Source: Candidatus Odinarchaeota archaeon (GTDB taxonomy: Archaea > Asgardarchaeota > Odinarchaeia > Odinarchaeales > Odinarchaeaceae). From it: a stretch of 8,488 nucleotides of DNA. Made by a program: the position numbers and the translations under genes. Below, one piece after another: positions 1 to 6,575 of this stretch. Each line of letters opens with the position of its first letter. The first letter of the stretch is position 1. The notes below the pieces were generated by a model. That model saw only the letters and a program-made list of their open reading frames with translations. It was not told the origin of the DNA and searched no databases. Where the stretch lies: assembly GCA_038826135.1 (NCBI GenBank), contig JAWBON010000025.1:8859-17346 (forward strand). The letters run 5' to 3'.

Positions 1-116
1 TTGAGTGCATCATCTAATGCTTTGCTAACCGCTTCTCTGAAAAGCTCTCTTATAGATTTATCAAAATGCAGGTCTACTTTTGTTAACCCGACTCCGATTA
101 CCGCAACTTGTCTCAT
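1..116 (-). CDS. Acetoacetyl-CoA thiolase (archaeal acetyl-CoA C-acetyltransferase), N-terminal fragment truncated by the window edge
   Basis: Not in the ORF track. Minus-strand ATG at 116-114 reads MRQVAVIGVGLTKVDLHFDKSIRELFREAVSKALDDAL to the edge, matching the archaeal thiolase N-terminal pattern (VA.IGVG.TK...H...S..EL..EA...AL.DA). It starts 12 nt after the HMG-CoA synthase stop, with GAGGT in the gap. Thiolase next to HMG-CoA synthase is the established archaeal arrangement. Confidence 0.85.
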   Translation of the reverse strand, partial: MRQVAVIGVGLTKVDLHFDKSIRELFREAVSKALDDAL

Positions 117-128
117 TTTGATAACCTC

Positions 129-1211
129 TCATGTAGGTTGTCCTACAATATGACGTCTCCATTTAATATAACATTTATAACCGATCTGCTGTCTTCTAAG
201 AAGATAATCCTTTATTTTTAAGCAGAGATTCCTTTTCTCCTCGATCGCGTTTTTAACAATTATGTAAAAAGCATCGCTGCCAGCCCCTGAACCGTAGGAT
301 ACTGCTAGTATCTCATCTCCAGGCGCGGCTATGTCGAGAACTGCGGAGAGACCTAAAGGCACAGCAGCGGAGTAAGTGTTACCTATATTGGGTACTAGTA
401 AACCCGGGCTTAGCTGAGCTGTTGTGAATCCTAAGGTTTTAGCAACTCTTATAGGGAATTTGCCGTTAGGTTGATGGAATACAACATACTTGAAGTCTGA
501 TGGTTTTTTACTTAGCTCAGCCATTAAATGTCTAGCAGCTGATTCTATATGATGAAAATACGCGGGTTTACCTGTGAATGCTTCACCGTGTTGAGGGAAC
601 GGTCTTTCTGCTCTCCTCCAGAAGTCAGGGGTGTCTGTAACATACGAGTATGAGGCTTCTATTGTAGCCGCACAGTTTTCATCATCTCTAGAAACGATGA
701 ATGCGGCCCCACCGGATGCGGCTGAAAACTCTAAATCATCACCCGGAGCACCCTGAGCTACATCGGATCCTATAGCTAGACCGTATTTTATCATACCAGA
801 GGATACTAAACCCATACAGCATTGTAAGCCTTCTGTACCAGCTTTACAGGCAAATTCTAGGTCTGCTGATAAAATATTCGGAGTCGCCCCTATCGCTTCA
901 GCGACTATAGTACCTGTAGGTTTAACAGCGTACGGTTTAGATTCGCTTCCAACAAAGACTGCGCCGATTTCTTTAGGGTTTATTTGGGCTCTTCGCAGAG
1001 CGTTCTGAGCTGCCTCTATAGCGATCGTGGTTGTATCCTCGTCAGGCCCAGCTACAGATTTCTCATTAATCATTAAACCTTCTTTGTATCTTTCAGCGTC
1101 TTTACCCCATATTCTTGAAATATTCTCGACAGGTAACCTGTACTTTGGGATGTAGCCTCCCCACCCTACTATCCCTACCTTGTGATTGGGTTTCATTAGC
1201 ATTAATATCAT
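129..1211 (-). CDS. Hydroxymethylglutaryl-CoA synthase (archaeal type, mevalonate pathway)
   Basis: N-terminal [15 protein letters not shown] (catalytic Glu), EFACKAGT (catalytic Cys), FHQPNGKFP (catalytic His), IGNTYSA and [11 protein letters not shown]. The ORF track starts at TTG 1247, but the recognisable fold begins near [11 protein letters not shown], so the real start is more likely ATG 1211, 1202 or 1196. Confidence 0.95.
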   Translation of the reverse strand: MILMLMKPNHKVGIVGWGGYIPKYRLPVENISRIWGKDAERYKEGLMINEKSVAGPDEDTTTIAIEAAQNALRRAQINPKEIGAVFVGSESKPYAVKPTGTIVAEAIGATPNILSADLEFACKAGTEGLQCCMGLVSSGMIKYGLAIGSDVAQGAPGDDLEFSAASGGAAFIVSRDDENCAATIEASYSYVTDTPDFWRRAERPFPQHGEAFTGKPAYFHHIESAARHLMAELSKKPSDFKYVVFHQPNGKFPIRVAKTLGFTTAQLSPGLLVPNIGNTYSAAVPLGLSAVLDIAAPGDEILAVSYGSGAGSDAFYIIVKNAIEEKRNLCLKIKDYLLRRQQIGYKCYIKWRRHIVGQPT

Positions 1212-1401
1212 CTCGAGTATATGCTCTCGTTTTAAATCGGTTCGCAAATACGTTATTATAGATAATATAGTTAAAAATCAAATCCGATTTTGGAATAAGT
1301 GTACTATGCTTAACTATAGGTGTGTAAAATATAATATAAATATTGCGTCTTTTTAGGTGATTATCATTATATTTTTATAGTAGTACTACGAAAAATATAT
1401 A

Positions 1402-1407
1402 AGGAGG
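1402..1407 (+). promoter_or_regulatory. Shine-Dalgarno-like site (AGGAGG) for the longin-like ORF
   Basis: AGGAGG lies 8 nt upstream of GTG 1416. A TTTTTATA TATA-like element is at 1372-1379. Confidence 0.6.
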
Positions 1408-1415
1408 CAAAAACC

Positions 1416-1892
1416 GTGGAGCGACTTAGAGAAGCGATAGAGAACGCTATCAACGTTGAAGCTAAAACGGAGAAACATGCAGGCGAGGAGTGCTTGGGTG
1501 ATTTCATAGAAGGCGTCTACATATTCGATGTAAACGGCCTCCTAGTTTACAGCAAAAACTTTAACAGTAATGAAGTCGATCCGGCGTTAGTGTCAGGCTT
1601 TTTTTCAGCTATCCAAACATTTACTAATACTATGATAAGCGAAAGGGACATGCTCCAAGAGATTACGCTACAGGAGAGAAAATTTATATTTAAATTAATA
1701 AGTGACAGCGACCTGGTGATTATGATATCTACTCGTAAAAACATGGAATGGGAGAGTAGGAAAATATTAGATAAAATCAGTTCTGATATAAACTACGTTT
1801 TGAAGAATACTAATTTAACTGTTAAAATGCTGAACAGCTTCCTAAACATATACGTAGAGAAGCTTCTACCCCGTCAAATATTTAACACGTAA
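1416..1892 (+). CDS. Stand-alone longin/roadblock-like domain protein
   Basis: 158 aa with a good RBS. Residues ~31-130 follow the longin topology: strand IEGVYIFDVNG, strand LLVYSKNF, helix DPALVSGFFSAIQTFTNTM, strands LQEITLQ / RKFIFK / LVIMIST, then helix ESRKILDKISSDI. The D..L.SGF.SAI..F helix is typical of Asgard longin-like proteins. Family recognised by eye. Confidence 0.7.
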   Translation: MERLREAIENAINVEAKTEKHAGEECLGDFIEGVYIFDVNGLLVYSKNFNSNEVDPALVSGFFSAIQTFTNTMISERDMLQEITLQERKFIFKLISDSDLVIMISTRKNMEWESRKILDKISSDINYVLKNTNLTVKMLNSFLNIYVEKLLPRQIFNT

Positions 1893-1993
1893 CATTCCCA
1901 TAAATTAGCATCATAACTGGTTTAGGTAAAATTGGGAGATGCTCTATACCATTGAAAACTTTTTACACCGTTGTCAGGTCGCATAAGAGCTGA

Positions 1994-2263
1994 TCATTCA
2001 CTTAATTTTCTACCACAACGAGGGCAGAACACGAACCGTTTATAAACGCGGGCGCCGCAGTGTGGACAGTAAAATAAGGGTTCAGACTCCTGATTCAAAA
2101 AACTATTAGACGGCTTAACAGTTTTCCCATGCTCTCTAAAAGAGTAAAGAAATGGCATTAAACCTATAATGAGAAAGAAGAACATACCTGTTAAGATTGT
2201 TATGACAAGAGATACTACTATACTTAAAACGAGGGTTAAGATGAAGACTGACCTTCTAAACAC
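1994..2263 (-). CDS. Small membrane protein with C-terminal zinc ribbon
   Basis: GTG start with GAGGTG 7 nt upstream (2276-2271). Residues ~6-41 are hydrophobic (one or two TM helices). The C-terminus has CPHCG-x9-CPRCG. Confidence 0.8.
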   Translation of the reverse strand: MFRRSVFILTLVLSIVVSLVITILTGMFFFLIIGLMPFLYSFREHGKTVKPSNSFLNQESEPLFYCPHCGARVYKRFVFCPRCGRKLSE

Positions 2264-2391
2264 GCTTTAACACCTCATATAAATCTTAAAAACAGTGTTC
2301 TGTTAAAAACTCTATTGGAGAAAGGAAACCCCTATTATATAATATTTCAGTAATAAATATTAAACAGATTTAATTATGGTTGGAGTTGAGA

Positions 2392-2931
2392 ATGACAGGG
2401 GAAATTAAGCTTTACACTTTGCACACAGGGGAGTGCGACCCTAAGAAGTGCACTTCGCTGAAACTAGCCCGTTTTAAACTTGTAAAATTAATAAAAAAAA
2501 TCATTTTTCTACCTGAAAATGTTATAGTACTTGACCCTTTCACTGGTAAATCAGTTTCAAAAGAGGATAAACCTATTATTGAAAGAAACGGGCTGGCGGT
2601 TTTAGACTGTTCTTGGAATAATGTTAAACCTGAAGTTTTTGAGAGAGCACCCGGAGAACATAGGGCTCTACCTTTTCTGGTAGCGGCTAACCCGATTAAT
2701 TACGGTAAACCGTGTAGGCTTAGCAGCGTGGAGGCTTTAGCTGCAACACTTATAATAATAGGTTATGTTAAACAAGCGGATGGGCTTCTAAACATATTCA
2801 AGTGGGGTCCTCATTTCAAAAAATTAAATGAAAACTATTTATCCAAATATAGTAGTGCGCAAACTAGCCTACAGGTTGTAGAAGAGCAGAATAAGATTAT
2901 AGAGAAAATGAGAGCTAGGTCAGGAGAGTAG
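2392..2931 (+). CDS. tsr3: 16S rRNA aminocarboxypropyltransferase Tsr3 (DUF367 family)
   Basis: Motifs ECDPKKCTSLKL, LDCSWN, HRALPFLVAANPINYGKPCRLSSVEALAA and FKWGPHF. ATG 2392 is preferred to the track's TTG 2380 because GGAG (2382-2385) lies upstream of it. Confidence 0.95.
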   Translation: MTGEIKLYTLHTGECDPKKCTSLKLARFKLVKLIKKIIFLPENVIVLDPFTGKSVSKEDKPIIERNGLAVLDCSWNNVKPEVFERAPGEHRALPFLVAANPINYGKPCRLSSVEALAATLIIIGYVKQADGLLNIFKWGPHFKKLNENYLSKYSSAQTSLQVVEEQNKIIEKMRARSGE

Positions 2932-3280
2932 CCCCCCTTCTGTTACGATGGTCTTGTTACCAAAACCATCCTAGCGGCATTAAACTAAGCGCCCTACCCG
3001 CTTTTTCAGCCAGGTTCTTCATCAAAAGCCTATTTGGGCTTGCTCCCCGGTGCGGGTCGTTTCAATATAACTCTTTAGGTCTTCAGCGGGAATACCGCCG
3101 TCGCCGACGGTTAACTCGAGAAACTCTCAGCCGCTTCATCACCATCTCAAAAGAGGTATGCCGTTTCTGTACCCGTACTATGAGTCTCCTCATGTGGCTT
3201 ATGCCACACCAGTACCTGGAAGGAGGGGGGAACTTCCTCAGTGCAGAGCACCGGAAGCCGCTCTTCCTCTCCTAGCTCTC
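2910..3280 (-). ncRNA. rnpB: RNase P RNA, archaeal type A
   Basis: The minus strand carries the conserved regions in order: GAGGAAGUUCCCCCC (3239-3225), ACAGAAA (3170-3164), UGAAAC (3064-3059), GGAGCAAG (3046-3039), GGUAGGGCGCUUAG (2998-2985) and AACAGAAGGGGGGCUA (2944-2929). Helices: P1 AGGAGAG/CUCUCCU, P2 GCGGC/GCCGC, P6 pseudoknot CCAGGU(3219-3214)/ACCUGG(3015-3010), and P15-P16 present. The exact ends are inferred from the P1 pairing. Confidence 0.95.
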
Positions 3281-3303
3281 ATATAATATTATATGAAGCA
3301 TCT

Positions 3304-3316
3304 TATTTATATTTAA
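3304..3316 (-). promoter_or_regulatory. TATA-box promoter for RNase P RNA
   Basis: The minus strand reads TTAAATATAAATA, centred about 27-30 nt upstream of the predicted 5' end near 3280, which is archaeal TATA spacing. Confidence 0.55.
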
Positions 3317-3483
3317 CCTAAAGTATTCTCGCTGAAAAAGTTCAAACCAGTGTGGGAATTCTTTAAAACATAAAATCAGATTAACGCATATGTGAAAGTT
3401 TAATTAAGATATTTTAATTAATATAATGGAATTGTTTAACTCTATGTTAAAACATTGATTGACCTGTTGTAAAGTTGATCTTA

Positions 3484-5406
3484 ATGAATGATAAAACAGT
3501 TCATATATTAAAGGAGACGCTGAGCGAAGAACATTATAAGAAACTTATGAAGGTAGAGAACGCTCAAGTTCACAGGTTCATAGCCAAATACATAAAGCTC
3601 TGTAAACCAGCGGATGTTTACATCTGCGATGACAGTGAAGAGGATAAAAGAGTAGTCAGAGAGTATGCTCTAACAAACCGGGAGGAGGCTAAACTTAAAA
3701 TTGAAGGGCATACAATCCACTTCGACAATTATCGCGATCAAGCGCGGGATAAAGAGCAGACGAAGTTTCTAGTCACCTCTGAAGATAACTTGGGAGAAGA
3801 GTTTAACACCCTGCCAAGAGAGGAGGGTCTTGAAGAGATACATCTTATTCTCAACAATATTATGAAAGGTAAAAGACTGTGGGTTTTATTTTTAACACTA
3901 GGACCGCTTAACTCTGTATTCACAATACCTTGTCTTCAACTAACCGATTCAGCTTATGTAGCTCACAGTGAACAGATTCTTTACCGATCAGGATATGAAG
4001 AGTTTATTAGAAGAGGTGAGAACAACAGATTCTTCAAATTCATACACTCACAGGGAGAGCTTGAGGAGGCTGGTCTCGGATTAAAAGTTAGTAAAAACCT
4101 AGATCTCCGTCGAATATACATTGACTTAAAAGATGAAACCATTTACAGCGTTAATACACAATATGGCGGTAACACAATCGGTTTAAAGAAGCTTGCAATG
4201 CGGTTAAGCATCAAACGCGCTGTAAAAGAGGGGTGGCTGACAGAACACATGTTCATAATGGGCGTCAACGGCCCAGCTGGCAGGGTGACCTATTTCACAG
4301 GCGCTTTCCCATCCATGTGCGGGAAAACAGCGACAGCGATGATACCGGAAGAGAGAATAGTAGGAGATGACATAGCTTTTATCCGCAGAATTAACGGTGA
4401 AATGAGAGCTGTTAACGTAGAAAAAGGCATGTTTGGAATAATAACAGGCATAAACTCCACTGACGATCCGATAATATGGAAGGCGCTCACAAGCCCGAAT
4501 GAGGTCATATTCTCTAATGTTTTAGTAACAGATGATAAAAGTGTTTACTGGATTGGAAAAAACGGTGAAATTCCTAAAAGCGGAGTTAACCATTCAGGAG
4601 AATGGTACATCGGTAAAAAAGACAGGGATGGGTGTGAAATACCCGCCGCTAATAAAAACGCAAGATTCACGCTTGAAATGAAGGTTCTAGATAATATCGA
4701 CCCTAGAATAGAAGACCCTGAAGGTGTTAAAGTAGAGGGAATTATTTACGGAGGCCGTGACTCTGACACATGGGTTCCAGTTGAAGAAGCTTTCGACTGG
4801 ATTCACGGAATTATTACAAAAGGAGCTGCATTAGAGTCAGAGACAACGGCGGCGACACTCGGACAGGAGGGAATTAGAGAATTCAATCCAATGGCAAACA
4901 TTGATTTCCTATCAGTGCCGATAGGCGAATACATTCGTAGAAACATAGAGTTCGGTAAGAGCCTGAAAAACCCGCCTAAAATCTTCGCCGTAAACTATTT
5001 TCTAAAAGGAATCGACGGCAAATATAAGACAGGGATAAATGATAAAAAAGTATATTTAAAATGGATGGAGATGCGGGTCCACAACGAAGTTAGAGCTATA
5101 AAAACACCCACAGGTTACGTCCCATACTATGATGATCTGAAAAAACTTTTCAACAGTATACTCGGACAAGAATATACAATAGAAGACTATGTCAGACAGT
5201 TTTCAACAAGGGTCACAGAGCATCTTCAAAAAATAGATAGAATCATAGACATATACAGTACCACAGTATCCGACACACCCCCCATACTATTCAAAGTATT
5301 AGAGGAGCAGAAGAGAAGACTCCTAAAAGCTCAAGACAAGTTCGGACCGCACATACCACCATTCATATTCTCAGCTTTGATCAAACACAGCCAAGAATTA
5401 TTTTAA
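3484..5406 (+). CDS. pckG: Phosphoenolpyruvate carboxykinase (GTP), archaeal type
   Basis: About 640 aa with YGGNT, LKKLAMR, WLTEHM, kinase-1 GAFPSMCGKT, kinase-2 VGDDIAF, NARFT, YGGRD and NYFLK. ATG 3484 is preferred to the track's TTG 3475, but the start is not certain. Confidence 0.96.
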   Translation: MNDKTVHILKETLSEEHYKKLMKVENAQVHRFIAKYIKLCKPADVYICDDSEEDKRVVREYALTNREEAKLKIEGHTIHFDNYRDQARDKEQTKFLVTSEDNLGEEFNTLPREEGLEEIHLILNNIMKGKRLWVLFLTLGPLNSVFTIPCLQLTDSAYVAHSEQILYRSGYEEFIRRGENNRFFKFIHSQGELEEAGLGLKVSKNLDLRRIYIDLKDETIYSVNTQYGGNTIGLKKLAMRLSIKRAVKEGWLTEHMFIMGVNGPAGRVTYFTGAFPSMCGKTATAMIPEERIVGDDIAFIRRINGEMRAVNVEKGMFGIITGINSTDDPIIWKALTSPNEVIFSNVLVTDDKSVYWIGKNGEIPKSGVNHSGEWYIGKKDRDGCEIPAANKNARFTLEMKVLDNIDPRIEDPEGVKVEGIIYGGRDSDTWVPVEEAFDWIHGIITKGAALESETTAATLGQEGIREFNPMANIDFLSVPIGEYIRRNIEFGKSLKNPPKIFAVNYFLKGIDGKYKTGINDKKVYLKWMEMRVHNEVRAIKTPTGYVPYYDDLKKLFNSILGQEYTIEDYVRQFSTRVTEHLQKIDRIIDIYSTTVSDTPPILFKVLEEQKRRLLKAQDKFGPHIPPFIFSALIKHSQELF

Positions 5407-5452
5407 AGCGAGTAAATCCGATATTAAAAAGATTAAAAGCAAATACAGTTGG

Positions 5453-5486
5453 TTTTTAAAACAAAATTAAAGTAAAAGAAGTAAAG
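5453..5486. terminator. Putative oligo-T terminator region between convergent pckG and 23S rRNA
   Basis: The minus strand after the rRNA 3' trailer reads TTTACTTCTTTTACTTTAATTTTGTTTT, and the plus strand has TTTTT at 5453-5457. Based on composition only. Confidence 0.4.
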
Positions 5487-5630
5487 GTGCATCACTAAAT
5501 TGCGCCAAACGAGAATCAACCTTAACAGCACGACGCTCGGACGATTAGTAGCGGCATGCTAAACTAGTCGGCCGAAGCCTTCTAGCGTACACACCCGCTC
5601 TATCAACCCGGTCTTCTACCGGAGTCCTCG

Positions 5631-5686
5631 TCCCTGACCAACCGTAACAGTCACCTATTACGGCCGGGTTACCCCGCGATCAGGGA
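5631..5686 (-). other. Expanded, branched helix 98 (ES39 position) of 23S rRNA
   Basis: A closing stem UCCCUGA/UCAGGGA encloses two hairpins: CGGG-GUAA-CCCG (5676-5665) and CCGUAA-10 nt-UUACGG (5663-5642). It sits where E. coli has only a short H98 hairpin. Confidence 0.75.
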
Positions 5687-5866
5687 GTGGCTATCTCTTT
5701 TCAGGCCGCGTTTCAGGCTTAGATGCTTTCAGCCTTTACCGCTTACGGCGTGGCTGCCCGGCATTGCCCACTCGGACAACCGGTAAACTAGTGGCCGCGG
5801 CGCCCCGTTCCTCTCGTACTAAAGGCACCTTACCCTCAGATAGCCAACACTCCCAGCAGATAAAAT

Positions 5867-5909
<43 letters not shown>

Positions 5910-6545
5910 TTAATAGGCGAACAACCTCACCCTTGGTGGCTGCTGCACCACCAGGATAGGAAGAACCGACATCGAGGTAGCAAGCCGCGGGGTCGATGTG
6001 GACTCTTGCCCGCGACGACTCTGTTATCCCCGGGGTAACTTTTCTGACACCTCCAGCCCTCACCAAGAGGGACATGAAGGATCGCTAGGCCAGTCTTTCG
6101 ACTCAGGATTCCTTTCGATTCAGAATCCTGTCAGGCCGGCTTTTGGCCTTGCCCTCTACGGCGGACTTCTAACCCGCCTGAGCCGACCTTTGGGCGCCTC
6201 TGATATCTTTTCAGAGGCGTGCCGCCCCAGCCAAACTGCCCACCTACAGGTGTCACCGAGGCGAACCTCGGATTAGGAATACAGTCATAGAAGGGTGGTG
6301 TTCCATTATCGCCTCCCCCAGCTCCCGAAGAGGCTGGGATCGACGGCTCCCACCTACACTCTGCATCCACAACCGTATCCCAACTGTAAGCTGCAGTAAA
6401 GCTCCACGGGGTCTTCTTTTCCCGCTGGGAGTCCCTAGACTGTTCGCTAGGCTGTAGGTTCACCAGGTTCTAGGCAGGGACAGCGGGGCGCTCGTTGTTC
6501 CCTTCATGCACGTCGGTACTTATCCGACAAGGCATTTGGCTACCT

Positions 6546-6575
6546 TTCTCTCGAGAAATCTTCTTGATTTCCCGT
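6546..6575 (-). other. 30-nt archaeal bulge-helix-bulge intron in 23S rRNA after E. coli-equivalent A1927
   Basis: ACGGGAAAUCAAGAAGAUUUCUCGAGAGAA interrupts the conserved CUCUUA|AGGUAGCC. It folds as ACU/GGU helix, AAA bulge, CUCU/AGAG 4-bp helix, UAA bulge, and a 9-bp intron stem with a 5-nt loop. Cutting after the second nt of each bulge rejoins the canonical sequence. Confidence 0.92.

Noticed and set aside
1266-1318. 9-bp inverted repeat TATAGTTAA/TTAACTATA (35-bp spacer) and AAAATC-N6-GATTTT in the HMGS-longin intergenic region
   Set aside because: Short, AT-rich and probably overlapping divergent promoter elements. Not distinguishable from chance without comparative data.
1547-1744. 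65-aa antisense ORF
   Set aside because: Fully nested opposite the longin-like gene, with no recognisable motif. Shadow ORF.
2910-3280. Alternative reading of the GC-rich intergenic island as SRP RNA, tRNA or a mobile element
   Set aside because: All five RNase P conserved regions and the P4/P6 pseudoknot pairings are present in order. No SRP helix-8 motif or cloverleaf was seen, and the terminal inverted repeat is explained by P1.
3281-3294. 14-bp perfect palindrome ATATAATATTATAT immediately upstream of rnpB
   Set aside because: Purely A/T and located in the promoter-melting region. Likely compositional.
4300-4345. PEPCK kinase-1 motif reads GKTATAM rather than GKTN/GKTS
   Set aside because: The catalytic Cys, Lys and Thr and the other active-site motifs are intact, so there is no basis to claim altered function or a pseudogene.
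3738-4508. Two antisense ORFs (3738-3923 and 4290-4508)
   Set aside because: Nested opposite the well-conserved pckG. Shadow ORFs.
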